A DNA stretch of 64,000 bases from Candidatus Bathyarchaeia archaeon (GCA_049513715.1 JBEKVV010000003.1:416001-480000); one strand, 5' to 3'; shown: positions 8,723-17,712, counted from the first letter of the stretch. Notes: generated from the letters alone by a model not told the origin. Numbers and translations: made by a program.

Positions 8723-8956
8723 TTGAAATCAACCCCAGTGACAGAACAAAGACCGATTGGGCGGGCAGTCTTATCACTATCCAATTGTGAAGGCGACGCA
8801 CCAGTTCAAATACTTCAGCGTACGCTGAAGAAGACACCTGGCATAAGGCATGTAGATCTCAATTATGCTGCTAACACAATAACTGTCGACTATGATCTAA
8901 CCAAAATCACATTCGAAGAGGTAAGGGCAGTCATCAAACAGCCCCTTCTAGCTTGA
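8723..8956 (+). CDS. HMA-fold small protein lacking the full CxxC
   Basis: LKKTPGIRHVDLNYAANTITVDYD pattern; single Cys. Confidence 0.7.
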   Translation: MKSTPVTEQRPIGRAVLSLSNCEGDAPVQILQRTLKKTPGIRHVDLNYAANTITVDYDLTKITFEEVRAVIKQPLLA

Positions 8957-8983
8957 GTCTTTCGAAACGCGGGAGGAAGTAGA

Positions 8984-11065
8984 ATGGCCAAGGACCCGAT
9001 TTGTGGCATGTTTGTGGATGAGAAGACCGCGACCATAACCCGCACGATTCGGGGAACAAAATGGTACTTCTGCAGCGAAACCTGCGCCATGACATTCGAG
9101 AAACCAGAGGTCGAAATCAGACGTCTCAAGCTCTTGGTGATAATTGGCATCGCGCTCACAGTACCAACAGGTTTGTTCACATACGTTATGCTTCTTCCAT
9201 CCAACATCAACAATTATCTGCTCTTCATTTTGGAAACGCCAATACAGTTCATCGTGGGCTGGCGCTTCTACAGGGGCGCATACGACGCTCTAAGAAACCG
9301 AATGGGTAACATGGATCTTCTAATTGCCATTGGTACTACTGCCGCTTGGGCATACAGTACAGTAGTCACTTTTCTTCCGTCAGTCTTCCCCACGAGCGGA
9401 GCATACTTCGATACAGCTGCAGTGATCATCACCCTGGTCCTACTCGGGAACATGTTGGAGCATATCAGTAAGGGAAGAGCTTCCGAGGCAGTTCGCAAAC
9501 TCCTAGATCTACAGCCCAGGATGGCACACGTGATCCGCAATGGGGCTGAAGAGGAAGTTCCAGTAGAGTCGGTCAAAGTAGGCGATATTCTAGTTATCCG
9601 CCCCGGGGAAAGGATACCGGTTGACGGAGTGGTGACTGAAGGCAACTCTGCTGTTGACCAATCCGCCATCACCGGAGAAAGTATCCCCGTTGAAAAAACT
9701 GCTGGCGATGAAGTAATCGGAGCAACAATCAACACATTCGGTCTTCTCAACGTTCGAGCATCGAAGGTCGGAGCAGATACAGTACTATCAAAGATCGTTC
9801 AACTCGTCGAAGAAGCCCAGATGGCGCATGCGCCGATTCAACGCCTCGCCGACCAGGTTTCAACATACTTCGTGCCTGCAGTTATCGTAATCGCCACAGG
9901 GTCGGCGCTAGGTTGGTATTTCTTCGGTGGATTGGCGCTCAACTTTGCTTTATTGGCGTTTGTCTCAGTAATCGTCATCGCATGCCCGTGTGCACTTGGC
10001 ATCGCTACTCCAGCCGCAATTCTTGTCGGAACAGCCAAAGGCGCTCAGAATGGGATTCTCATCAAAGGCGGTGAGTATCTAGAGACAACCCATAAGATAC
10101 GGACAATTGTCTTTGACAAGACCGGCACTCTGACCAAAGGCAAACCGTCGGTAACAGATGTCATAGTCAGTGGAAAGCACACGGAACAAGAAGTACTTCA
10201 GCTGGCCGCCTCAGCCGAGAAAGGCTCAGAACATCCTCTCGGCCGAGCAGTCGTAGAAGCTGCTAAGAAAAAGGGCATAAGCATACCTGACGCGACCTCA
10301 TTCAAAGCCGTACCAGGCGCGGGCGTAGTAGCAGAGCACAATGGGAGAACCGTATTGCTGGGAAACCGAAAGCTGATGGCAAAATATGACATGAACCTCG
10401 CGCCAGTCGAAGCCGACATATCTGCGCTTGAGGAAGAGGGTAAAACGGTCATGGTTCTATCCGACGGCAAGGAACTCCTCGGTGTCATCGGCCTCGCAGA
10501 CACCCTCAAAGATGACGCTTCAGACACAGTCCGAGAATTGCAGCGAATGAAGATTGAAGTCGTAATGTTGACAGGCGACAACATCCGAACGGCCAAAACC
10601 GTTGCTAGCAAATTGGGCATAGACAGGGTTGTGGCAGACGTTCTGCCAGAGCAGAAGGAGAAGATTATCAGAGACTTGCAAAAGGAAGGTAAGGTTGTGG
10701 GCATGGTTGGAGACGGAATCAACGATGCGCCAGCTCTTGCAGCGTCCGACATTGGAATTGCCATCGGAAGCGGAACAGATGTCGCGGTCGAAACAGGCGG
10801 CATTGTTCTGATCAGGAACAACCTACGAGATGTGGTGATCGCCATCAAACTCAGTAAGGCAACTGTCAGCAAGATCAAGCAGAACCTGTTCTGGGCATTC
10901 TGCTACAACGTTGCACTCATCCCCATCGCTGCAGGTGCACTCGTGCCATTCCTCGGACCTGGTGTGTACAATTTCCTTCCATTCCTAGCTGCCGGAGCGA
11001 TGGCTTCAAGTTCAGTTACTGTCGTAAGCAACTCCCTTCTGCTGAACCGGTTCAAACCACGGTGA
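8984..11065 (+). CDS. copA: Cu+-translocating P1B-ATPase with N-terminal YHS/TRASH domain
   Basis: KDPICGM..YFCS..C, TGES, CPC, DKTGT, SEHP, GDGIND, YN, MASSS. Confidence 0.95.
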   Translation: MAKDPICGMFVDEKTATITRTIRGTKWYFCSETCAMTFEKPEVEIRRLKLLVIIGIALTVPTGLFTYVMLLPSNINNYLLFILETPIQFIVGWRFYRGAYDALRNRMGNMDLLIAIGTTAAWAYSTVVTFLPSVFPTSGAYFDTAAVIITLVLLGNMLEHISKGRASEAVRKLLDLQPRMAHVIRNGAEEEVPVESVKVGDILVIRPGERIPVDGVVTEGNSAVDQSAITGESIPVEKTAGDEVIGATINTFGLLNVRASKVGADTVLSKIVQLVEEAQMAHAPIQRLADQVSTYFVPAVIVIATGSALGWYFFGGLALNFALLAFVSVIVIACPCALGIATPAAILVGTAKGAQNGILIKGGEYLETTHKIRTIVFDKTGTLTKGKPSVTDVIVSGKHTEQEVLQLAASAEKGSEHPLGRAVVEAAKKKGISIPDATSFKAVPGAGVVAEHNGRTVLLGNRKLMAKYDMNLAPVEADISALEEEGKTVMVLSDGKELLGVIGLADTLKDDASDTVRELQRMKIEVVMLTGDNIRTAKTVASKLGIDRVVADVLPEQKEKIIRDLQKEGKVVGMVGDGINDAPALAASDIGIAIGSGTDVAVETGGIVLIRNNLRDVVIAIKLSKATVSKIKQNLFWAFCYNVALIPIAAGALVPFLGPGVYNFLPFLAAGAMASSSVTVVSNSLLLNRFKPR

Positions 11066-11086
11066 AGATCTGGAGGTGAGATCGAA

Positions 11087-11230
11087 TTGGTTAAGGATCC
11101 AATTTGCGGAATGAAGGTTGACGAGAAGAAAGCGGCGGGTTCAAGCTCGTATTCAAGCAAAACCTACTACTTCTGCTCGCCATTCTGCAAGAACGAGTTC
11201 GACAAGAACCCAGCGAAATATGCCACCTAA
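11087..11230 (+). CDS. YHS/TRASH metallochaperone (CopM-like), 47 aa, absent from ORF track
   Basis: TTG start after GGAGGTGA; MVKDPICGMKVDEKKAAGSSSYSSKTYYFCSPFCKNEFDKNPAKYAT. Confidence 0.9.
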   Translation: MVKDPICGMKVDEKKAAGSSSYSSKTYYFCSPFCKNEFDKNPAKYAT

Positions 11231-11305
11231 AGTTCATTCAGGCATCCCTCACATTGAGGGGGGAATGATGGATGTCTACGGGCAAGCGTCAACGAGTGAG
11301 ATATT

Positions 11306-11334
11306 GGTGGGTTCAAATCCCACCGTCCCCACGA
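11306..11334 (+). repeat. Foreign tRNA 3'-end remnant
   Basis: GGTGGG-TTCAAAT-CCCAC-CGTCCCC-ACGA; no recognisable D or anticodon arm. Confidence 0.7.
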
Positions 11335-11358
11335 AGTTGGTTATACGTACCGGTAAAT

Positions 11359-11387
11359 TGGGGTCAAATTCCCACCCCCGGCGCCAA
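11359..11387 (+). repeat. Duplicated tRNA-Ser 3' end (attR/TSD-like)
   Basis: TGGGGTCAAATTCCCACCCCCGGCGCCAA. Confidence 0.85.
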
Positions 11388-11473
11388 CTCCCTTAAGTTC
11401 TTCGTTCTCCGGCTTTGACCTTCCGGCCAAATTTATTTTAGTAGCTCCTCACTACGATGTTAAGTGGTTACTG

Positions 11474-11749
11474 ATGCCCAACGAAGTTCATTGCGCACAT
11501 ATCCTCGTTAAAACCCAGACAGAGGCACAAGCTGCCATGGAGAGACTGAACAAGAAAGATAAGTTCGCGAACATTGCCAGAGAGATCTCAATCTGCCCTT
11601 CTGCAAAGCGCGGCGGAGACCTCGGCACTTTTACCAGAGGAAAAATGGTCAAAGAATTCGAACAGGCGGCGTTCGTCCTTCAGAAGGGACAGATCTCACC
11701 CATCGTGAAAACAAAATTCGGATACCACATTATAAAGAGACTAGAATAG
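11474..11749 (+). CDS. ppiC: Parvulin-type peptidyl-prolyl isomerase
   Basis: HILVK, SICPSAKRGGDLG, MVKEFE, KTKFGYHII. Confidence 0.95.
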   Translation: MPNEVHCAHILVKTQTEAQAAMERLNKKDKFANIAREISICPSAKRGGDLGTFTRGKMVKEFEQAAFVLQKGQISPIVKTKFGYHIIKRLE

Positions 11750-11881
11750 ACCAGACGAAAGAGGACACCGGGATACGTGCCTAAGCGGCTCAGGTCAGAA
11801 TAGTTACACACGCATCGTTGAAGACTGACCTCTCAAGGAAAAGGCATTTAAACGGTAGTCGAATATCCGAATTCGATCTAA

Positions 11882-12055
11882 ATGGGCAGTACGAAATCGT
11901 ACCTTGCAATTCTAATGGGAATAATAATTATCGTAGCAGACCTATGGTGGACTTGGACAAGCTATACGTATCTGCCCTGGCTAGCTGCTGGTGTAATAAT
12001 ACTCGTTGCCAGCGTGATCTGGATCTATATTGACTACGACCTGATGAAGAAGTAA
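11882..12055 (+). CDS. 57-aa two-TM membrane protein, absent from ORF track
   Basis: MGSTKSYLAILMGIIIIVADLWWTW..LPWLAAGVIILVASVIWIYIDYDLMKK; TTTAAA about 30 nt upstream. Confidence 0.7.
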   Translation: MGSTKSYLAILMGIIIIVADLWWTWTSYTYLPWLAAGVIILVASVIWIYIDYDLMKK

Positions 12056-12144
12056 CCTGCACCTAACCATGGGATGGGAAACAGCCCTCTCGACTAAGCG
12101 TAGAAGAACACCGTCAGCCCGAAAAAAACGGCACAAGAGCTTCC

Positions 12145-12201
12145 GCGGGTTCAAATCCAGCCCGCGACGCCAAAATCCCCCGCGAATTCCACCCCGGCTC
12201 A
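12145..12201 (+). repeat. Stacked degenerate tRNA 3'-end remnants
   Basis: GCGGG-TTCAAAT-CCAGC-CCGCGAC-GCCA, then AATTCCACCCCGGC (eroded tRNA-Ser end). Confidence 0.6.
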
Positions 12202-12256
12202 TTGCAGTAAGCAGCAATTCAATAATAGACACCAATCACTATCTCACGAGCTATCA

Positions 12257-12583
12257 GTGAACATGAAACCCAAAGACCGGCAAAGCTTCGAGTACACTGT
12301 TCTCGCTATTTTGGAGTATTTTGTTAGACATGAAGCTCTAGGTCCAATAACGAAGTACCATATCATGAATCGAATTCCAGGTCTGGCAACCCAGAGGCAA
12401 GACCGAGTCTCCGAGATCTTGGACCTTCTCGTTCTGCGAGGGTGGATTTCGTTGGAGAAGCAAGCAAGTGCCAATGCGGTTTACAAGATAACTGCAGAGG
12501 GGAAAATAGAGTATGACAAGTGGATCCGACAATTCCTCTCATTTGTGAGAATCCTCAGGACGGGTAACCAAGAGGACGGCTAG
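12257..12583 (+). CDS. Winged helix-turn-helix protein
   Basis: ITKYHIM..LDLLVLRGWI..YKITAEG pattern. Confidence 0.75.
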   Translation: MNMKPKDRQSFEYTVLAILEYFVRHEALGPITKYHIMNRIPGLATQRQDRVSEILDLLVLRGWISLEKQASANAVYKITAEGKIEYDKWIRQFLSFVRILRTGNQEDG

Positions 12584-12591
12584 CGCGAACT

Positions 12592-13353
12592 CTAGCCGCC
12601 TACGGACACGACTGAGAAACCAGACTGCGTTTCCTCTATTAGATCTGTCGAGAAACCCAAGTGTCTTCTCGAGAGAGAACTATTATAGTCAATTGTTTCA
12701 GCGGGAAACTCTTTGTCCGAAACGATTAGAAGTCGCCACAAACGCATGCGAAGACTGCGAATTTTCTGAACCGCCTCCGACAGATCCTTCGCGAGAACCG
12801 GTTTACCATGAACTCTTGTCGCAACGATCGCTCCCTTGTGACCGCTCATGGCCTTTATGACGTGCCCAGGTATGATTACATCGTAAGTCTCCGAATCTTC
12901 CCTCCTGTCCGCGAAATCATGGGGATCAAATTGGTTTTCCGCACGACTACCGGTAAGCGCGTTCAGTGCTTGATTTGCAAGCCTGACGCTCGGTGTCTCC
13001 CCCTCGGGATTCTGTGATTCGAACCTTAACGCGTACGAGAGGTCGTCTAAACGACTTCTCCACTTTTCCATTGTGCCGGTTGCTCTGTAAGTCAAGTAGA
13101 TGGCTACCGGAAGGATTACGAGCACGATTATGACGCCGCCAATGAATTCCTCGTGGATAGGAACAAGCCTTTCAAGCCTCTCTGAGAATCCGCCGAAAAT
13201 CAGAATCGAAATAACCATCAGAACAGTCGAGGTAATCCCCGATGCAAGTATTACCCGGCGGACCTTGTTCAAGAGAAGCGATGTCTCTGTAACATAGAGA
13301 ACGGATAACGCCATCCCGCTGTCCGTCGCGGTAGCGTCGGCTTTATAGCCCAT
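12592..13353 (-). CDS. Two-TM membrane protein with soluble C-terminal alpha/beta domain
   Basis: 253-aa ORF with two hydrophobic helices. Confidence 0.7.
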   Translation of the reverse strand: MGYKADATATDSGMALSVLYVTETSLLLNKVRRVILASGITSTVLMVISILIFGGFSERLERLVPIHEEFIGGVIIVLVILPVAIYLTYRATGTMEKWRSRLDDLSYALRFESQNPEGETPSVRLANQALNALTGSRAENQFDPHDFADRREDSETYDVIIPGHVIKAMSGHKGAIVATRVHGKPVLAKDLSEAVQKIRSLRMRLWRLLIVSDKEFPAETIDYNSSLSRRHLGFSTDLIEETQSGFSVVSVGG

Positions 13354-13392
13354 TTAACTCGTTCATGCATATTGTCCTATGCCTTTTACCGT

Positions 13393-13440
13393 TATGGGAA
13401 CTGAGTTCTGGTAGAACAATCTTACGAGGCCGCTTTTATC
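13393..13440 (+). promoter_or_regulatory. Operator GAACTGAGTTC + TATA-like CTTTTATC upstream of doxD-like gene
   Basis: Same elements and spacing as 15149-15196. Confidence 0.7.
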
Positions 13441-13472
13441 GAAATCTACCCTCACGCCCCCGTGAGATTTGA

Positions 13473-14306
13473 ATGGTAACCACCATCTCAGGCCAGAAAA
13501 CGCAGGCAAATTCCCCGATGGTCTCATTGAGTTTACTCTGGCCATTGCGAATCTTCATGGGTTTGACCTTTCTATATGCGGGAGTGCAGCATCTAACTGA
13601 CCCGTCTTACTTCGACCCGTCGAAATCAGGCTATATTGGGCATTTGATTGCACAATATGCCGTCGGATCCCCAATTCACGACTTCCTTCTAGGAGTAGTT
13701 GGACCGAATGCTGTCCTTTTCGGGTACGGAGTCGCTGTTGGCGAGTCGTTGATTGGCATCGCCACTCTGCTAGGATTCCTTTTCAGGATTGCAGCATCAG
13801 CCGGGTTACTACTCAACTTAACTTTCTTCTTATCCGCAACCTGGACTGCTTTCCCGTTCTATTTCGGTTCGGACATAGTATTTGTCATGTGCTGGTTGAC
13901 CATCCTCTTGACAGGCCCTCAGCTGAAGCAAAGCGTAGACGCAGTCTTGGCGAGACGCTACCGTTTCTTGAGTTGGTTGGTATCCCAGCCCCAGACGAAT
14001 CCAAGAATGAACCTCATAACGCCCGCAATAACGCCAGTTCAAACCCAAACGAGTCAAGTTCAGGTAGCAGTTCCTGATGGAGCCAAGCTATATCCCGGCC
14101 AAGTTCGCGAAGTGAACCGAGCGTTCGAGCGCATTAAACAGCAGTTTGTTCTTCACCGCGAAACTCAAACGATACTCGAGTTTGTGCGGGCTTTTGTGAT
14201 TAGTCTGGGCGTCGACCGAAACGACGCGTCACAAATTCTCAGCGGACTGCAGAACATCATCAACAGGCACTCAACGGAAGGGGCATACACCAAACAGGGG
14301 ACATGA
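13473..14306 (+). CDS. DoxD/DoxX family (TQO small subunit-like) membrane protein with C-terminal extension
   Basis: LRIFMGLTFLYAG, GESLIGIATLLG..RIAA, PFYFGSD, SVD. Confidence 0.85.
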   Translation: MVTTISGQKTQANSPMVSLSLLWPLRIFMGLTFLYAGVQHLTDPSYFDPSKSGYIGHLIAQYAVGSPIHDFLLGVVGPNAVLFGYGVAVGESLIGIATLLGFLFRIAASAGLLLNLTFFLSATWTAFPFYFGSDIVFVMCWLTILLTGPQLKQSVDAVLARRYRFLSWLVSQPQTNPRMNLITPAITPVQTQTSQVQVAVPDGAKLYPGQVREVNRAFERIKQQFVLHRETQTILEFVRAFVISLGVDRNDASQILSGLQNIINRHSTEGAYTKQGT

Positions 14307-14307
14307 C

Positions 14308-15015
14308 ATGGCAAACACTACAGAAACTGAACAAATCACTGACAAGATTGCGACGGCCTATGGATTGCAAGTCTCAAGGGATGTCGTAGCTTCAGTCTTT
14401 GCGGGGCGCCCTAAACTTCCTGTACTGCTCTCCCGTGCTTCTTTCCGACCTGATCTTGATGTCCGAACGAAGCAAAGAACGCGAGTCCAAAAGGAACGTA
14501 GGAATTTCCTCCGTAGCATCTTCGGATTCGTTCTGCTTTCCGCATCAGCACTAGTCCTACTGAAGATAGCAACAGTCTCAAGCACACAACCTGAAACATC
14601 CACTACTGTGCCCAGCAATCCCAGTAATCCAAGTAACCCTAGCACTCAGCCTCAAACGCCCACTACTTTACCCGGCAACCCAAGTAATCCTAGCACTCAG
14701 ACCCGACCAATTATAGCCAACGCGGCGAATATTGCACCAGACCAGTCGATAACCTACAATGACCCGTCTCTAGGTCCGATTATTCTGATCCATTTAGATA
14801 ACGGGCAGTTTGTTGCTTACAGTTCAATCTGCACTCACGCAGGTTGCCAAGTCCAATTCGACCCATCCGGGAAAGAGATGATATGCCCTTGCCATGGCGC
14901 AACATTCGACCCATACAACAATGCGCAAGTCACAGGTGGACCAGCCCCCTACCCACTACAAAAAATCCCTATACAATACAACTCCTCAACAGGCAACATC
15001 TACCTGACCGGATGA
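14308..15015 (+). CDS. Rieske 2Fe-2S protein with internal Tat motif and P/S/N/T linker
   Basis: ERRNFL + TM; CTHAGC and CPCHG. Confidence 0.92.
   Translation: MANTTETEQITDKIATAYGLQVSRDVVASVFAGRPKLPVLLSRASFRPDLDVRTKQRTRVQKERRNFLRSIFGFVLLSASALVLLKIATVSSTQPETSTTVPSNPSNPSNPSTQPQTPTTLPGNPSNPSTQTRPIIANAANIAPDQSITYNDPSLGPIILIHLDNGQFVAYSSICTHAGCQVQFDPSGKEMICPCHGATFDPYNNAQVTGGPAPYPLQKIPIQYNSSTGNIYLTG
14600..14700 (+). repeat. Intragenic (PSN)n tandem repeats within a duplicated linker unit
   Basis: CCACTACT..CCTAGCACTCAG occurs twice, each with 9-bp units. Confidence 0.75.
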
Positions 15016-15148
15016 GCAAAAGTCATTCACTCCGTTACGTTCTTCCCGGCCAATCAGATCCACAACACTCGTGATCTCCTTCTTGCTTTGGGCTTCGTCC
15101 AATCGCGAGTACAACTTACCTTCCAGGTACCACTGGCTGGTTTTGCAC

Positions 15149-15196
15149 TATGAGAACTGAGTTCTAAGACAACAGACTTCCTCGGGTCCTTTTATC
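15149..15196 (+). promoter_or_regulatory. Operator AGAACTGAGTTCT + TATA-like CTTTTATC
   Basis: Perfect 13-bp dyad; same spacing as 13393-13440. Confidence 0.7.
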
Positions 15197-15231
15197 AAAA
15201 CAGAACCAATCGTAATTTCGGTGATAACTGA

Positions 15232-15483
15232 ATGAGAAACACTTTGCCCGTTGTCCTAGCGGTGCTCCTAGCCTTGTCAGGAATCTTGGCAGCCGGGGGA
15301 ATAGCCATAATGAAAACGTACACAACTCCCACTACACCAATCCCCACTAGCACTCCAACAACAATTCCAACGACATCCTTCCATAATTTAGCCTCACAAC
15401 AACCAAGTCCCCTGAAACTCACACAACAACCCCCCACGAACCAAACCTGCTCAGGCGACGACTGCTCGCAGAGCGACAATTAA
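15232..15483 (+). CDS. Small membrane-anchored P/T-rich protein with C-terminal Cys pair
   Basis: N-terminal hydrophobic helix, TPT repeats, CSGDDC; follows the conserved promoter. Confidence 0.65.
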   Translation: MRNTLPVVLAVLLALSGILAAGGIAIMKTYTTPTTPIPTSTPTTIPTTSFHNLASQQPSPLKLTQQPPTNQTCSGDDCSQSDN

Positions 15484-15494
15484 GACTGAACAAA

Positions 15495-16691
15495 GTGGGA
15501 TCATTGCATACGAGGATTTGGCTTGCCCTAGCAGTGCTCGCTGGCGTTGCAAGCCTCTCCACTCTTCTTGTCTTACAAACCACACCAACTAATCCAATAT
15601 GGTCAGACTACGCACGGCTGCTCGGATGGGGAGGTCTGGCATCAGCAGCCGTACTCGTCGTTCAAGGGTTTTGGAAAGCCTCTCGAGACAAACAGTACAT
15701 GACTCAACTCCGAAATCAAACATCGCTACATCAACAAGACATTGTAAACAAGTATACTGAATCCCGTGTGCATGGATGGAGAGTGATGCACATCATCCTC
15801 TCAATCCTAGTGACAACACTAGCAGGACTTCATGGAATCCTCCTCCTTCCCAGACTTGCGTCTCCAACCATTGGCGTGACCTTCGGTTTAATCGGTCTAA
15901 TCGCACTTCTAGCTCTCGGCTTATCTGGAGCCGTCACCGAAGCGAATCGGAAGACGAAAACCTTCGGATCATTGAAGAAAACACATCTTTGGCTCATGGT
16001 CGGGGCACTGACATTAGCTGAACTTCACGCAGTCGCGGCCGGTTCAACGATATTCAGCCTCGGCTCAACCATCGCACTAGGTTTGTTGGTAGGTACAATC
16101 GGAATGATCGGCATAGGAGTTGAATATGCCTCCGTCAAAGCCGCACGACATTACTTCAAGACTGTACCGCAACCCATACCGAGCGATGGATGCAGCGTCA
16201 ATCTGGGACGGAGAGCGGCACTACAGAAGTTTGGCACACTGGCCGTAGGAACGCTCGTAGCCATCAGTTTCGCCGAAGCCGCCGCGCTCATGCCGAATGT
16301 CCTCTCGTCGCCGCAGAATCAACAGGCACAACAAAGCCTTGTTGTCGCTTCAATCACGCCCATTCAAACGAATCAGCAAGCCACAGGGAACAAGTTGGGA
16401 AATCTTTCGAACATACCGGTTAACAGCGCGTTCTACTTCAACTACCCTGCAGGTGTTTCCAATATCTTAATTCGGTCAAGTGACGGCAGTCTAGCTGCAT
16501 ATTCCTCAACATGCACGCATCAACCCTGCACAGTCGGATATGACGCTGGAACTGGGTTGATTAGATGCCCATGCCACGGTGCCTTATTTGATCCAAAACA
16601 AGGGGCAAGGGTTCTGCAGGGTCCCGCGCCTGCGCCACTCTCTTCAATTCAGCTTACCGTTGACAGTAATGGAGACATATGGTTAGCATAG
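15495..16691 (+). CDS. Polytopic di-heme-b-like membrane domain fused to a Rieske domain
   Basis: His pairs MH..LH and TH..LH in TM helices, internal GRRAAL, CTHQPC and CPCHG. Confidence 0.85.
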   Translation: MGSLHTRIWLALAVLAGVASLSTLLVLQTTPTNPIWSDYARLLGWGGLASAAVLVVQGFWKASRDKQYMTQLRNQTSLHQQDIVNKYTESRVHGWRVMHIILSILVTTLAGLHGILLLPRLASPTIGVTFGLIGLIALLALGLSGAVTEANRKTKTFGSLKKTHLWLMVGALTLAELHAVAAGSTIFSLGSTIALGLLVGTIGMIGIGVEYASVKAARHYFKTVPQPIPSDGCSVNLGRRAALQKFGTLAVGTLVAISFAEAAALMPNVLSSPQNQQAQQSLVVASITPIQTNQQATGNKLGNLSNIPVNSAFYFNYPAGVSNILIRSSDGSLAAYSSTCTHQPCTVGYDAGTGLIRCPCHGALFDPKQGARVLQGPAPAPLSSIQLTVDSNGDIWLA

Positions 16692-17055
16692 CCTAATGAT
16701 TGGGCCATGCTCAGGAGAAGAACAATTAGATATTGGAGGCTTCCCCATCATCGCGAACTCACAGCGGTAATCAGTATCGGGCCCACCCTTGCCTTTATCA
16801 ATTGTACACGTGAGTGTCGTGACTTCACGCACCCCAGCACGTCGATAAATGATTTCGGCAGATTCCGCTTAGAACTCTCACAGTCTGAACACCTCCCCTC
16901 AATACTCCTGTGCAACCCTAACATTCAATTTCCGTCTCCGTGCACTCCAAACGAAAAATCCGCCGTTTTGCATAGCGTATTATACAACTTCGGCCGGGGC
17001 GTCTAGAAGTGCAAAGATCGATAACGCCTGGTGAGCTAGCAAGGGGGATCCAAGA

Positions 17056-17625
17056 TTGAGCCACGAACGATTCCCCGAGAAGATGGCCTTCCTACTCAAC
17101 AATCCCGTGAGGCGATTTCTAAGCCCGCCTCAGAGGTTGCTCTCTAAACTCGACCTTCACCCTAGCAACGTGGTCGTAGATTTCGGCTGTGGCCCAGGCT
17201 TCTACACTATTCCGCTAGCGAAAATAACAAGTAGGGTTATCGGAGTTGATGTCTCCACGCACATGCTTGAGAAAGCTGCCAGCTATGCCAAGCGAAGCGG
17301 TGTGACCATTGAAACTATTCAAAGCGATGGGGCACGTATCACCCTACCAGACGGTAGTGTTGATTTGATCCTGTTGAATCATGTTTTTCATGAAGTCGAA
17401 AACAGAAGCAAAGTCCTAGAAGAATTCCTCAGGACTCTGAAGCCATCGGGCAGGTTGGCTGTGCTCGAAAAAACTCGAGGAAAGGGTGTGTTTTCCGGGA
17501 AGTTTGGCCCTCCAATAATGAATGAAGGCGACCTCGTTGAGGAGATGAGAACTGCAGGATTCGCAACGGTTCGAATCATTCCACATGGAAAGGACTCCGT
17601 GATAGTCGCCAAGAAAAAGACTTAG
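17056..17625 (+). CDS. Class I SAM-dependent methyltransferase
   Basis: VVDFGCGPG, SVDLI..VFHE, LKPSG. Confidence 0.9.
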   Translation: MSHERFPEKMAFLLNNPVRRFLSPPQRLLSKLDLHPSNVVVDFGCGPGFYTIPLAKITSRVIGVDVSTHMLEKAASYAKRSGVTIETIQSDGARITLPDGSVDLILLNHVFHEVENRSKVLEEFLRTLKPSGRLAVLEKTRGKGVFSGKFGPPIMNEGDLVEEMRTAGFATVRIIPHGKDSVIVAKKKT

Positions 17626-17712
17626 GGAGACAATTAAATGATAGACGATAATTTTGGCCTGCATACTTGACCGAGAATTCAGCACTCAATACAACCACAG
17701 GGCCAGTTTTCC

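Larger units (their letters stand above)
5962..11387. mobile_element. tRNA-Ser-integrated, integrase-less copper/thiol island
   Basis: Direct repeat of the tRNA 3' end (5962-5989 vs 11359-11387; 18-bp perfect core TCCCACCCCCGGCGCCAA) and inverted repeats CCAATTTACCGGT (5986-5998) / ACCGGTAAATTGG (11349-11361). Confidence 0.75.

Noticed and set aside
11258..11334. Possible intact tRNA (GGGGAAT...CGTCCCCA, about 75 nt)
   Set aside because: The acceptor stem is mismatched and no D or anticodon arm forms; only the 3' remnant is supported.
16692..17055. Intergenic ORF 16707..17006 and weak tRNA-like TTCAATTTCC..CCA
   Set aside because: The ORF is not protein-like and the motif lacks a T-stem.
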